A stretch of 64,000 nt of DNA, from assembly GCA_044347345.1 (NCBI GenBank), contig JBIKUX010000006.1:32001-96000 (forward strand), given 5' to 3'. The notes under the pieces were generated by a model. It had not been told where the DNA came from. It searched no databases and worked only from the letters and a program-made list of their open reading frames with translations. This document shows, in pieces, positions 29,036 to 39,770 of this stretch. Both the position numbers and the translations under genes were made by a program. Position 1 is the stretch's first letter. Every line of letters starts with the position of its first letter. This DNA comes from Bdellovibrionota bacterium (GTDB lineage: Bacteria > Bdellovibrionota_C > UBA2361 > JBIKUX01).

Positions 29036-29743
29036 TTATGGTACTACAGCAATTGTTCCTACAATTGTAGCTGAACCTGGAATTTGGCTCCAAGTCCCAT
29101 TTGCACTACCCCTTGCAATCGCTGTTAGTCTGAATCTGACTGGTGTCGTCATTATGTTACCAGAATCAAGAGTTTGACCGGATTGATCTTCTCCTAAAGC
29201 TTCTTGTTCTAATCTCTCAACTTGAACCCACTGACTTAATCCTTGATTATTTGAAATCAGATAATCAGGAGGAGTATCTGGACGAGCTTGTAATTGTCGG
29301 TGTATTGGTTGAGCCAAAGAAACAGTTGTTGCATAGTCTCCAGCAAACGGTCCGATATTTTTAACTAAACCACCAGAATAGGGGTACATATTTCGATGAC
29401 AACCTGGACTGTTGATCTCACAGTGAGGAATGCCGTTTTGATCCTGCGCACTGAGGGGGCTGTAAGCCTGATAGTTTAATGGAGAATCAAGAGTTTGTAA
29501 CGCATCCCACTGTTTTGCATTCGAGGCAATTTGAGCTGCTTGGCTATAAAGAGCTCCCTCAGCAGCGGCAAATAATTGCGCAGACTGCTCGTAATTATTT
29601 GATGTTTGCAGCATATTTCTGCCCATGAGGCTGACTACGGCAGCAACCATCACCATAGTAACAAGAAAAAAAAGAGCTACTGGCAGGGCAAACCCGGATT
29701 GCTGTGATACTTTCAGGAGCTTATTATCAGCATCGGTGATCAT
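29036..29743 (-). CDS. PilX-like minor pilin
   Basis: QSG|FALPVALFFL prepilin lacking Glu5; FAAAEGAL. Confidence 0.8.
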   Translation of the reverse strand: MITDADNKLLKVSQQSGFALPVALFFLVTMVMVAAVVSLMGRNMLQTSNNYEQSAQLFAAAEGALYSQAAQIASNAKQWDALQTLDSPLNYQAYSPLSAQDQNGIPHCEINSPGCHRNMYPYSGGLVKNIGPFAGDYATTVSLAQPIHRQLQARPDTPPDYLISNNQGLSQWVQVERLEQEALGEDQSGQTLDSGNIMTTPVRFRLTAIARGSANGTWSQIPGSATIVGTIAVVP

Positions 29744-30420
29744 ACCGTTTTTCTCCTCATGCCTACACTACTTTGGAAAGGAATCAGACGTGGATTATTT
29801 GTTTGATTTTTTACCTCGATCTGAAACGCTATACTAAGGGCGTTATTTTCTATAGTAAAAACTTTACCGTTGTTAATCTCTGGGGCACGAATTCTAGAGG
29901 TCATTAATAGAGCAGAATTGAGCGGATCTGTAGCGGGTGTATTGCAGGTTCCATCTGATTGTCTTGATGGTGGATTATTCATAAGAATCTGACCACGGAC
30001 AAGCTCATTTTTGGCTGGATTGAAACGGTAACCAACGTACCAAAGTTGTTGGCCTCTACCGGCGCTTTGGCTTACTGAATCGTGGCTGACAAAAAATCTA
30101 ATATCGTTCCCGTCAGTGCTGATTTCAACCTGATTAGGACACATTTCAAGAGCTGAATTAATCCCACCAAAGTATGGAGATAGTATCCCAGCCATTCTCA
30201 CTTCTGCGAGTAATGAGTGTAAAATGTAACGAGCTTGCATTGATGATTCAGCAGCTTGAGTCTCAAAAGATAGTGTGCTGTAAGCAGAGGATGTTGCACT
30301 AGCAATACTTAAGATGGTGACACCAAGTAAGACTACTGCTACAAGCATCTCCATGAGTGTATAGGCTTGACTATTTTTAACCTTAGAAGAGATACGATGA
30401 AGTGGTTTACCTGAAGTCAT
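29740..30420 (-). CDS. PilW-like minor pilin
   Basis: QA|YTLMEMLVAV; EVRMAG. Confidence 0.8.
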   Translation of the reverse strand: MTSGKPLHRISSKVKNSQAYTLMEMLVAVVLLGVTILSIASATSSAYSTLSFETQAAESSMQARYILHSLLAEVRMAGILSPYFGGINSALEMCPNQVEISTDGNDIRFFVSHDSVSQSAGRGQQLWYVGYRFNPAKNELVRGQILMNNPPSRQSDGTCNTPATDPLNSALLMTSRIRAPEINNGKVFTIENNALSIAFQIEVKNQTNNPRLIPFQSSVGMRRKTV

Positions 30421-30431
30421 GCAAATTCCAT

Positions 30432-30905
30432 CTATCTAAAATCAGCTAAAACAGTTGAGAATTGGTAGCTGATGGGAGCATAACCTGCTCCCATCTTATT
30501 GCGTACAACCAGATTTATCTCTACCCAGTCAGGTAAAATAGCTGACGGAGCACTCATACGAGCTATATATTCAATATTTATTGAGTAGTTTGCTTTTTCA
30601 ATAGATGTAGCAGAAGTTGGAGAAAAAATTGTTTGAGTGACAACTTGGTTTTTGGTAATCGCATCACTGCCAAAGATGCTCACGATATTTTGAGCATAAG
30701 GTTTGCTTCGCATTGATTCAATTAAACCTTGAGCTGCAAACATAGCTTCTGTATTTCTTCGAGAATGAGACGTTGAGTGAATAGATCTTATTAAAAGTCC
30801 CCCAAAAGCAATAAGTGTCATGCTTATGAGCGAGAGCGCAATCATGTTCTCAATAATTGAGATACCTGAGTTTTTGCCTCGAAATTGTTTTTTAAATCTG
30901 AACAT
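30432..30905 (-). CDS. PilV-like minor pilin
   Basis: SG|ISIIENMIAL; AQGLIESMR. Confidence 0.8.
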   Translation of the reverse strand: MFRFKKQFRGKNSGISIIENMIALSLISMTLIAFGGLLIRSIHSTSHSRRNTEAMFAAQGLIESMRSKPYAQNIVSIFGSDAITKNQVVTQTIFSPTSATSIEKANYSINIEYIARMSAPSAILPDWVEINLVVRNKMGAGYAPISYQFSTVLADFR

Positions 30906-30920
30906 ATCTTTTACACTTGC

Positions 30921-31421
30921 TCACTTAATCCCTTGCTCCATTGACACAGATCCAAATGGATTAACTATCACCGTCTGTTTTATTGTCCCTAGTTGTATTG
31001 TTAAAGTAATAGGATTTAAAATAAGTTCTCCGTTTTGATAGACATGACCCAATCCAGAAAACGTGAACTGTTGAGGCAGTTCTTCCCACTTAATCAGTTT
31101 TTTAGTTAATTCTTCCTTAAAGCTAAATTCGTCGTCGCGAAGCGTTCCTGTGCCAGCTACATCGTAAAAAAAACCGTTCTCTTCAAAAGATACCGTTACT
31201 GGTCTATGAGATCTTATTGCTTCAAAGCGAGAATGTTGTAACTTCAGTGCTATTGTCCGTCTTATCACGCCTAGACTTTGCCATTTGGTAGTTTCAGAAA
31301 TACTAGCGTATGCTACACCTAAAACTATATTTAAAATTCCTACTGAAATAATGAGCTCTAAAAGAGTAAAACCTCGACAATAGTTTAATTGAGATCTTTT
31401 TATCTCAGCCCATTCCTTCAT
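30921..31421 (-). CDS. FimT/GspH-like minor pilin
   Basis: RG|FTLLELII; LQHSRFEAI; FTFSGLG; VNPFG. Confidence 0.8.
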   Translation of the reverse strand: MKEWAEIKRSQLNYCRGFTLLELIISVGILNIVLGVAYASISETTKWQSLGVIRRTIALKLQHSRFEAIRSHRPVTVSFEENGFFYDVAGTGTLRDDEFSFKEELTKKLIKWEELPQQFTFSGLGHVYQNGELILNPITLTIQLGTIKQTVIVNPFGSVSMEQGIK

Positions 31422-31709
31422 ACTCAAGGTCCACTGTATCAACTTACATTCTTAGCTCATTTAGTCGGCTTTTTGTAAATAAAACATAAGTGATAATTAG
31501 TTTACTGAGAATTATTCTTATTACGATCATCAGATTTCTAAGATTTTAGTGAGAGCTAATGAAGGCTTAAAAATTTACTAATGAAAAACTAACAAAGTTG
31601 GAACTAAATTTTAATATTGTGAACTTTTGATAAAAGGCATTGTTTTGGTTTTTTTTTCAGATATACCTTCGCACTAAGATATTCTTTTATTTAATTTTTT
31701 ATTAATCTG

Positions 31710-32468
31710 ATGAATAACTCCGCTGAGTCGTATTTTGGATATGAGTCTACGTTTGTCTCTGGGAAGGGTGGCAGATTCCCTAGGCATTTTAACAATATAG
31801 ATTCTGTAAATGAACCGATAATTGGTGAACAATTCAAGCCAGAGCCAGCGTATTACGAAACAAATAGAGAAAATAATTTTATTGAAGTAGATGATGAAGG
31901 CAACTATACGGTTAAAAATAGCTCAGTTGTTGATATAAAAGAGATTTTTCCGCTTTCACCATTACTTGTACTTGAAAAGACATGGCATTATCTTTTTTTT
32001 GTCATTCTTACCCTTACAATTTATGTAGGTCGAAATGGATGGGAAGAATTATTTTATCCGCACCATTGGACTGAGGCTCTTGAGTTGCTGCTAATTAGGG
32101 TTAAGCTTTTCATGTGGACCGTAGCAGGTTTGTATTGGGAGTGGATTCGTCGTGGTACAGAAATTTATCTGTATGGTTTGCGTCTTGAAATAGCGCAAGG
32201 GATTTTCTTTAAAAAGAGAGCATCGGTGCATCTTTTACCCCATACTACAGTGTATGTGTTGCGACACGGATGGTTTGATCATATTTTTAATACAGCTACC
32301 CTTAAAGTTTGTCCGGTGAATATGCCTGACGAAGACCTTGTAACAATTACATGTTTACCTATAGATAGGGCTCATAGATTGCGGCGTTATTTAACTCAGC
32401 AAATAGATAAGCAATTAAATGTTGATAAAGATCATCCGGTTTTTGTGGAATCTAAAAAAGTGGTATAG
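31710..32468 (+). CDS. Membrane protein with bacterial PH (bPH_2)-like domain
   Basis: Two TM helices then LEIAQGIFFKKRASVHL...GWFDHIFNTATLKV. Confidence 0.6.
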   Translation: MNNSAESYFGYESTFVSGKGGRFPRHFNNIDSVNEPIIGEQFKPEPAYYETNRENNFIEVDDEGNYTVKNSSVVDIKEIFPLSPLLVLEKTWHYLFFVILTLTIYVGRNGWEELFYPHHWTEALELLLIRVKLFMWTVAGLYWEWIRRGTEIYLYGLRLEIAQGIFFKKRASVHLLPHTTVYVLRHGWFDHIFNTATLKVCPVNMPDEDLVTITCLPIDRAHRLRRYLTQQIDKQLNVDKDHPVFVESKKVV

Positions 32469-32556
32469 TTTGGGTGGCGCATACCAATTAGCCCTTGCTT
32501 TAGTACAAATAACTTTTCAGTAGTGAAAGCGATTCAGATTTATGCTGTAAGAATAA

Positions 32557-33255
32557 ATGATAGTAAAAAAAATGTTTACAGGTATTGTAGCAGGCTGTGG
32601 TAGTGTTAATTCGTTTAAATGTTCTCAAGGCTACAAAGAGCTTATCATCGAAGCACCTGACGAAATATTAAAGTCGTGCGAAAAAGGCGCTAGTATAGCA
32701 GTAGACGGAGTATGTCTGACTGTAAAATATATTGATCAAAATTTTGTAGCCTTTGATGTTGGAGCCGAAACTAGACGTTTGACAACCTTAGATCAGTATC
32801 AGGTAGGATATAAGGCCAATTTAGAGCGTTCTTTAAAATTAGGAGACGAGATTGGCGGGCATATGTTATCTGGTCACGTTGATGGTGTTGGAAGGGTACT
32901 AAATATTAGTAGTACCTCAGGGAATACAATTCTTCAAATAGCTGCTCCAGTAGGACTTTATAAATACATTTTTTTAAAAGGTTACATCGCAGTTAATGGT
33001 GTGAGTTTAACTATAAATGAACTTTACCTGCCCAGCGTAATTCATGAATCTGATAAGGTTACGCCTATTCAAAAAGCGAGTGAGAGTAACAACGGATTTT
33101 TCATTTGTCATCTTGTGCCTGAGACACTTAAGCGTACTAACCTTGAAAAATTGAATTGTGGTTCTTTGGTCAATTTAGAAATATCTCGTAATGATCAAGT
33201 ACTTGTCGAGACAGCTCTCCGGTGGTTAGAGCATAATTTCAGCAATAAATCCTGA
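32557..33255 (+). CDS. ribE: Riboflavin synthase (alpha chain)
   Basis: MFTGIV (likely start 32572), GASIAVDGVCLTV, NLERSL, GGHMLSGHVD, KGYIAVNGVSLT. Confidence 0.95.
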   Translation: MIVKKMFTGIVAGCGSVNSFKCSQGYKELIIEAPDEILKSCEKGASIAVDGVCLTVKYIDQNFVAFDVGAETRRLTTLDQYQVGYKANLERSLKLGDEIGGHMLSGHVDGVGRVLNISSTSGNTILQIAAPVGLYKYIFLKGYIAVNGVSLTINELYLPSVIHESDKVTPIQKASESNNGFFICHLVPETLKRTNLEKLNCGSLVNLEISRNDQVLVETALRWLEHNFSNKS

Positions 33256-33407
33256 TTACTCAAATATCAAATGCCTTGTTTTTTACGGCAGTTCCTTTTA
33301 TTAACGATAACTTAGTTTCAGTATTTTAGTAAATCTAACTTAAAAGCGATAATAAACTGTGAGCAGTAAAAAAGGCCTAATAAGTCTCTCCACCCTCAGG
33401 GTATTTA

Positions 33408-33692
33408 ATGATCCGATTTTTCTTTTCTTTAGTTTTTTATGTTGTTGTAGCAAGGTGGGTATATGTAGAGATTGCCACATTTATGCCCCATGCTATTCCG
33501 TACATTGATGCAGGAGTGAGAATAATTTCGATTCCACCGCATACTCAATGGGGACCCGTAATTGCCAAGGTAAAAAGTAGGCTCCAGAAATTTTCAACTA
33601 AGCCATACATAGCGAACACTGAGTTAATTCCAAATTTGCCAAAAGCCCGTTTGAGAGAGGACTGGTGGTTAACCGGCAATGTCTCAGAGTAA
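33408..33692 (+). CDS. Small hypothetical membrane protein
   Basis: 94-aa ORF with hydrophobic N-terminus filling the gap between genes. Confidence 0.55.
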   Translation: MIRFFFSLVFYVVVARWVYVEIATFMPHAIPYIDAGVRIISIPPHTQWGPVIAKVKSRLQKFSTKPYIANTELIPNLPKARLREDWWLTGNVSE

Positions 33693-33774
33693 GTTTTTTA
33701 AAGACTGAAGTAGAGTTTAATTTAAATTTGTATTTTTTAGTTTACGCGTTCATTGTTTGCTATTTGGGAGAGAT

Positions 33775-34386
33775 TTAGCCGTTTGAAACTCGAGCAGTAG
33801 TAGAGTTTTGTACCGAGGAACAGCACTCAGTAAAAGTAGTTTTGTATAGCTCTAAAGCATCTAAAACTATTTGTTGAGCAGCACTTTTTCCGACAAATTG
33901 GTCAACTAAAACAGCTTTATTCTCTAACTTTTTGTAGTCTTCAAAGAAATTACGAAGTTCAAGGAGGATATGTGGAGGAAGATCATTTACATCATCGTAA
34001 TGTTGCACGCTCATGTCATTAACTGCAACAGCAATGATTTTATCGTCATGCTCTCCTTGATCTACCATCTGCATGGCACCAATTACTTTAGCTTCAACCA
34101 AGCACAGTGGCTGAATAGCTATTTGAGAAAACACTAAAATATCTAAAGGATCTTTGTCATCGCAAAAAGTTTGGGGAATAAAACCGTAGTTTGCGGGATA
34201 ATGAACGGCTGAAAACAGCACTCTATCAAGTTTTAGTAGTCCACTATCTTTATCCAGCTCATATTTAGCTTTCGATGCTTTGGAAATTTCTATAATGGAT
34301 GTAACAATCTCAGGAGAATCTTGGCCGGGAGACACAGTGTGCCAGGGATTCTGGACAATACCCTTCTGATTATTCTTGGTAGACAT
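33775..34386 (-). CDS. ppa: Inorganic pyrophosphatase (family I)
   Basis: [39 protein letters not shown]. Confidence 0.96.
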   Translation of the reverse strand: MSTKNNQKGIVQNPWHTVSPGQDSPEIVTSIIEISKASKAKYELDKDSGLLKLDRVLFSAVHYPANYGFIPQTFCDDKDPLDILVFSQIAIQPLCLVEAKVIGAMQMVDQGEHDDKIIAVAVNDMSVQHYDDVNDLPPHILLELRNFFEDYKKLENKAVLVDQFVGKSAAQQIVLDALELYKTTFTECCSSVQNSTTARVSNG

Positions 34387-34561
34387 AATAACTTAAACTC
34401 TAACGTTTGATCTTAACAATAGTTCCTATATTTAGCTGATGAACAGCGTATTACACAAGTTGTTATAGCTAAATCTTTTGTTTTGGATCGCTCTTATTTA
34501 ATTAAGCATCTTTTCTCTAAGAGTTAAATAAATTGATAGTTAAAAACTAGGTAAAAGTTTT

Positions 34562-35509
34562 GTGACCCTTAAAAAGCCTAAAGTGTTAATTTTAGGTGCT
34601 ACTGGCATGCTAGGGTCAATGGTGCTTGACGTTTTTGACCGAGCTGGTTGCTTTTCATTGCATGCAACCGGTCGAGAACATGAGATGATTGAACTAGGTA
34701 GTGTTTTATTTCCGAAAGTTTCTTGGCATCCGCTTTTACTATCTCCCTTTGAGTCAAATGTTCAGCGCTTGATTCCCTTACCCGAAGTGGAATGGATTGT
34801 GAATGCTATTCATATAACGCGACCTTTTATTTCGGGTGAATCTCCAAATGATCGTGAAAGAGCACTCCAGATTAATGGTATTTTCCCTCATGAATTAGCT
34901 AGATTTGCAACATCTCGCAATATTAAAATAATACAGTTTTCAACTGATTGGGTATTTTCTGGACTAACCGGAAATTACTCGGAGAAGTCATCTCATGATG
35001 CTATTGACGTTTATGGGAAGACAATGAGTTTGGGGGAAGTAGTACTTCCTCATACTTTTGTAATCCGTACATCTTTAGTTGGGCCGGAGCCTGTGCGTTC
35101 GAAGTATCTTCTTGAATGGCTTTTGGTTCAGCCTCTCGGAGCTAAAATATCAAGTTTTAGTAATTATTTGTGGAATGGTATTACTACCTTGCATCTTGCA
35201 AACATTTGTAAAGCGATAATTGAACATGACCTTACACCATTTGGCATTCATCATCTTATTCCAAATGGTGTATCTTCTGAAGCTGAAACCGTTTTAGCGT
35301 TAGCCGCTAATTTTAAACGAACTGACTTAGATATTATTATATGTTCTGGTCATGATTCAGCGAATCGAATTTTGGTAACTGAAAGAGAAGCTCTCAATGA
35401 GCGGCTTTGGTTTCTTGCAGGTTATCGTGAAAAAATACCAACGTTAAACAACATGATTAAAGAGCTAGCAAACTATCCGTATCGTTTTAGGCAATTTCGA
35501 AATCAGTGA
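34562..35509 (+). CDS. dTDP-4-dehydrorhamnose reductase (RfbD/RmlD)-like SDR
   Basis: VLILGATGMLG, STDWVFSG, DVYGKTMSLGE, RTSLVG, WNGITT. Confidence 0.82.
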   Translation: MTLKKPKVLILGATGMLGSMVLDVFDRAGCFSLHATGREHEMIELGSVLFPKVSWHPLLLSPFESNVQRLIPLPEVEWIVNAIHITRPFISGESPNDRERALQINGIFPHELARFATSRNIKIIQFSTDWVFSGLTGNYSEKSSHDAIDVYGKTMSLGEVVLPHTFVIRTSLVGPEPVRSKYLLEWLLVQPLGAKISSFSNYLWNGITTLHLANICKAIIEHDLTPFGIHHLIPNGVSSEAETVLALAANFKRTDLDIIICSGHDSANRILVTEREALNERLWFLAGYREKIPTLNNMIKELANYPYRFRQFRNQ

Positions 35510-35528
35510 ATAGAGAAAGCTATAATAT

Positions 35529-35960
35529 CTAACGAATCATAGCTCCATTTTTGGCACGCATTTCGAGAGATTCCTTAATACATTCAATAAGCGCAGTTGC
35601 TGAAAGATATCCAAAATCTTTTTCAACTTCGGTGCCGAGAGCTCTCTTTAGTTTCTCAACAAGCTCTTGAGTTTCATGGTCATAACTACCTGAAATTGTT
35701 ACTCTATCTGAGATACATGTAAATTCACAAAACATATTTATGAGCGTCTGCATAGCTCGTATTTGTTGTTCTTGAGCCAATTTACCTATAGATGGAGCAG
35801 TAGCTTCCGATGGTATAGGTTCTATTTGGGCGATAGCTCTTATAAGCTCGGCCCAGCGTGAGCTTATATGTGATGGACTGGTGTCAGCTCTTCTGCGTAG
35901 CTGGTTTGATCCATTACTTTGGTATTCTTTGTCTTGTTTAGTTTTGTTGGGTTCACTCAC
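35529..35960 (-). CDS. Hypothetical protein
   Basis: 143-aa ORF filling the gap between genes. Confidence 0.6.
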   Translation of the reverse strand: MSEPNKTKQDKEYQSNGSNQLRRRADTSPSHISSRWAELIRAIAQIEPIPSEATAPSIGKLAQEQQIRAMQTLINMFCEFTCISDRVTISGSYDHETQELVEKLKRALGTEVEKDFGYLSATALIECIKESLEMRAKNGAMIR

Positions 35961-35998
35961 GGTAGTATCATTTTAGAGAATTCTTCTAGTAAATTGGA

Positions 35999-36026
35999 TG
36001 ATCGGCATTTATACGGATAACGTTTA
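35999..36026 (-). promoter_or_regulatory. Candidate sigma-28-type promoter
   Basis: Minus strand reads TAAA-N16-GCCGATCA, about 40 nt upstream of GTG 35960. Confidence 0.4.
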
Positions 36027-36030
36027 CAAT

Positions 36031-37554
36031 TTATTTTCTACAAGATTTTTTAATAAATTCTTTAATTATGGCTTGATAGTTAAGAAAAGTAGTTCGGTTT
36101 CGTGGTCCTTCGTGAGAAAAGACTTTTTTACCAAACATAATTATACGAGATTCTTCATGAAGAATTTGTTTTCTTCTGAGGTGTGAAAAAAGTTCGATCA
36201 GTGCATTTACTGGAGCGCGCTCGTCATCTTCGGCACTTATAACTAAAATAGGGGGTAATAAATTTTTGGGGGGTGAAGTTAGTAATGAAATTTTCTTTAA
36301 TATTTCTTCTTGCACAGATTGCACAGATTTAATGTTTCTACCCAACCACTCAGCTTTTTCATCTGGGGAGAAAATGGGAATCCTGGGGTGAGTGTCTCTT
36401 TTTTCTAATTTAAGTAAGGCGTAAGGATCAATAAAAGGTACTTCGAGAACTACTGCACAGAACAAGTGTGGCGCTGTAGCAACGCCCCTCAAGACTGGTA
36501 TCGCACCAGCGCTACGAGCTAACGCTACAGTTTGGCCTGGTGGAATGTTGTATTTTTCTGTGATTGCAATCGTCTCAGTTACATATTCCGTTGCTGAGCG
36601 TAATTTCCCAAGTCCTTGACCTTCAATAGCGCGTCCATTATCTCCAGCAATTTTTGTGCGGTATACTAAATATCCATCACGAGCAAGTAAGGATAATAGG
36701 GGAAGTGAAGGGAGTCGCACCGGTGCACCGTATGCTCCATAACCAATGCTTATGAGCCCCGTTCGTTGAGATTTAGGTTTTAGGGGAAATTGGCGCGGCT
36801 GTTCTTTTACCAAGTGTGATAAAGATCTATTTTTCTTTAAGTAAATAGGCTTCGATGTTGTTTCGTCTATCTTGTTAGTCCCCCATAAAACAATCTTATT
36901 TAGAGGTATTTCTTTACTTAGAGTGGTGGCGACTAAGGATCCGTCATTTTGATTGTTTTCTTTTACGTCCCAGGATATGTCGTAAATATTTTTAACCTCG
37001 GAGAATGTTTTTATTGAAATAGTACCGTTTTTATTCCAACGAGCTAAGAATACATTTGCATCACGTTCTTGATTGTTAAACAGAAGAGCCACCCAAGGAT
37101 ATTTTGGATGAACTCTAATAGCATCTAGTGAACATGAGTCGTTGTGACATAAAGACTCAAGGATTAGACTACTCGTTTTTCCTTGACTGTTTTTTAATTG
37201 AATGGTTGGAAGGCTTCGACCAGTAGCATCGGCAATGATCGCTAATGATCCGTTTGTAGTGTTTTGAACAATTTTTACTTCATTTTTGAGTGAAGCTTGA
37301 TCAGAAACGGATGGGGGAAGAGTTGCTGATAATAGTAGTTGTGTCCTCTTAATTGATCTGGTGTTTGTAGAGAGCCAAGCATTTCCCCATTCGATCTCTT
37401 GTTGGTATCTCTTTTTAAGAGATGCTTCTTTACCAGTTGGAACCTGAGAAGAAAAAGTTGAAGTGCTGCATCCTAGAAGCACGGTACATTTTATAGCCAA
37501 GATAAAACTTAAAAGTGGCAGGTTAGAGATGATATTGTCTTGAGACCAAAGCAT
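36031..37554 (-). CDS. Prolyl oligopeptidase (S9)-like lipoprotein, shortened
   Basis: Lipobox LLGC; GYGAYG; ARSAGA (Ser elbow); VLEVPFID; DDERAP; SHEG. Confidence 0.75.
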   Translation of the reverse strand: MLWSQDNIISNLPLLSFILAIKCTVLLGCSTSTFSSQVPTGKEASLKKRYQQEIEWGNAWLSTNTRSIKRTQLLLSATLPPSVSDQASLKNEVKIVQNTTNGSLAIIADATGRSLPTIQLKNSQGKTSSLILESLCHNDSCSLDAIRVHPKYPWVALLFNNQERDANVFLARWNKNGTISIKTFSEVKNIYDISWDVKENNQNDGSLVATTLSKEIPLNKIVLWGTNKIDETTSKPIYLKKNRSLSHLVKEQPRQFPLKPKSQRTGLISIGYGAYGAPVRLPSLPLLSLLARDGYLVYRTKIAGDNGRAIEGQGLGKLRSATEYVTETIAITEKYNIPPGQTVALARSAGAIPVLRGVATAPHLFCAVVLEVPFIDPYALLKLEKRDTHPRIPIFSPDEKAEWLGRNIKSVQSVQEEILKKISLLTSPPKNLLPPILVISAEDDERAPVNALIELFSHLRRKQILHEESRIIMFGKKVFSHEGPRNRTTFLNYQAIIKEFIKKSCRK

Positions 37555-37782
37555 AAAAATTAAAGAATTATTTCGGGCTGAAAAGTATACTCCTTATCTA
37601 GATCATTGGTCTTAAGTGAATAAGACTCTAGATGCTTCTTCGGTAGTGATTGAATTTTCCTAGAATAGACCACTACATTTAATAACGTTAAGCCTACGAG
37701 ATTACTTTTTGAATGAATAAAGATTAGGCTTGGAAGAACAAAATAATGTTTATCGATGAAATACAAGTCGATTGATTCAGTC

Positions 37783-38370
37783 TTAAGGACTTCGAAGACA
37801 GGGATTTCGTATCCAGAGTCCTTCAACGACGTCTTGTAGCGGCCCAAGCTGGGAGATTGAAAGAGATGCTATTTTGGTAAAGCCATGAGACAAATGAAAA
37901 TGGCGCGAAGCTACGTTATCGTTTGGATGCTCAACTATGAAAGCTAGTATCGTGATAGAGGAGGATAAGTCAGAAAAAAGGCGGTTATAAATTCTGTTGG
38001 CCAAGCCGAGACGACGCACCTCAGAAGCAACACAAATCTTGTCAACGTGAAAAACGGCTCGAGTTGACAACAGAGATTGTAATTTTAATGTTTCTACTCG
38101 ATCTTCTGTAAAGATCTCCCGGAAAGGTTTTGAGCCCTTATGATAGCCTATAACAAATCCGAGAATTTGGCCGTTAGAGTCATGAGCCACCAGCGATACT
38201 CCTTCAGTAAACATCTGCAAGTAATCATCAGCGCTCTCAGTTCCAATTAGAAATCCTTGAGAGGAAGATCCACAACCTCTTACTAAAGCAACTGAGTTCG
38301 CCAATTTCCAACATCCCTGAGCATCAACACTACACCCTGATACAATACTGATTTCGCCATTTAATGACAT
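37783..38370 (-). CDS. GNAT-family N-acetyltransferase
   Basis: DKICVASEVRRLGLA, NVASRHFHLSHGF. Confidence 0.85.
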   Translation of the reverse strand: MSLNGEISIVSGCSVDAQGCWKLANSVALVRGCGSSSQGFLIGTESADDYLQMFTEGVSLVAHDSNGQILGFVIGYHKGSKPFREIFTEDRVETLKLQSLLSTRAVFHVDKICVASEVRRLGLANRIYNRLFSDLSSSITILAFIVEHPNDNVASRHFHLSHGFTKIASLSISQLGPLQDVVEGLWIRNPCLRSP

Positions 38371-38612
38371 AAAAGTTTCCGTTTATGCTAGTGTCCGATG
38401 GTTAGTAATTATGAGTAAAATGGCGGCAAACATTCAATAATTAAACAAAAATACTAAAGATTGGCAGGTTCTATCAGTAAGACACTAGAAGGCTGTTATA
38501 TGCTGATATATGTGTGCTTCATGCTCTGCTTACTAAGCATCTTATTTAAACACAACTAATCATTATACGGTAAGTTGTGAACTAAATTAGCGTTTGAGTT
38601 AGTAATACTTTC

Positions 38613-39770
38613 ATGAGTTTCGCAATCTCAAGTACTGTCGATGGGGAGAATGTTCAGCTTCTAATCAGTACGGTGCGTAATTTTGTTGAAAAAGAAATTA
38701 CGCCACAAGTCAAAAAAATAGAGGAGCTAGGCTCAATTCCTCGGACTATTTGGCAGGCACTAGGATCTCTCGGGTTATTGGGAATTACTGTACCTGAGGA
38801 ATATGGTGGTGTTGGTCTTGGCTACTATGCTCACTGTTTGGTCATGGAAGAGATAAGTCGAGTATCAGCTTCATTGGGCTTAAGCTACGGTGCTCATTCA
38901 AATCTGTGCGTAAATCAAATAATGCTTAATGGCTCAGATGCTCAGAGGGCAAAATATCTACCTAAATTAGTTGCAGGAGATTATATAGGGGCACTTGCTA
39001 TGAGCGAGAGCTCGTCTGGCTCCGATGTAGTAAGTATGAAACTTAAAGCAGAGCGTCGTGGTAACAGCTATTTTCTTAATGGTTCCAAAATGTGGATTAC
39101 CAATGGCCCACAAGCAGATATAATTGTGGTTTACGCTAAAACTAACCCAAGTTTAGGATCACGCGGAATTACAGCCTTCATTATTGAGCGAAACTTCAGT
39201 GGTTTTAAATCTGCTCAAAAGTTAGACAAACTTGGTATGCGTGGGTCAGAAACATCTGAATTAATTTTTGATTCGTGTGAAGTCCCAGCTGAAAACGTCT
39301 TGGGTGATGAAGGTGAAGGGGTACGTGTTTTAATGAGTGGTTTAGACTATGAGAGGATAGTTTTATCCGGCGGTCCAGTAGGTATTATGCAAGCTTGTTT
39401 AGATACAGTATTACCGTATGTTCGAACTCGCGAACAATTCGGTAAGCGTATTGGTGATTTTCAACTAGTTCAAGGTAAGCTCGCCGATATGTACACCGCA
39501 TTGGGCTCAAGTAGAGCCTACCTTCATCATGTAGCTAAGCTATGCGATATGGGCAAGGTCGCTAAAGAAGATGCAGCGGCAGTAATTCTTTACTGTGCTG
39601 AATCAGCAACAAAAGTGGCACTTGATGCTATTCAACTGCTCGGAGGTAATGGATACACTTCCGATTATCCGACAGGTCGTTATCTTAGAGATGCAAAGTT
39701 ATATGAAATTGGTGCTGGAACATCTGAGATTAGGCGAATGTTAATCGGCAGAACCTTAGTTGATCGGTGA
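38613..39770 (+). CDS. liuA: Isovaleryl-CoA dehydrogenase
   Basis: [56 protein letters not shown]. Confidence 0.95.
   Translation: MSFAISSTVDGENVQLLISTVRNFVEKEITPQVKKIEELGSIPRTIWQALGSLGLLGITVPEEYGGVGLGYYAHCLVMEEISRVSASLGLSYGAHSNLCVNQIMLNGSDAQRAKYLPKLVAGDYIGALAMSESSSGSDVVSMKLKAERRGNSYFLNGSKMWITNGPQADIIVVYAKTNPSLGSRGITAFIIERNFSGFKSAQKLDKLGMRGSETSELIFDSCEVPAENVLGDEGEGVRVLMSGLDYERIVLSGGPVGIMQACLDTVLPYVRTREQFGKRIGDFQLVQGKLADMYTALGSSRAYLHHVAKLCDMGKVAKEDAAAVILYCAESATKVALDAIQLLGGNGYTSDYPTGRYLRDAKLYEIGAGTSEIRRMLIGRTLVDR

Noticed and set aside
32469-32556. FMN riboswitch before riboflavin synthase
   Set aside because: Region is too short and lacks the conserved RFN motifs
37560-37847. 95-aa ORF between the peptidase and the GNAT gene
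   Set aside because: Overlaps the GNAT 3' end, has a weak start and no motifs; probably spurious
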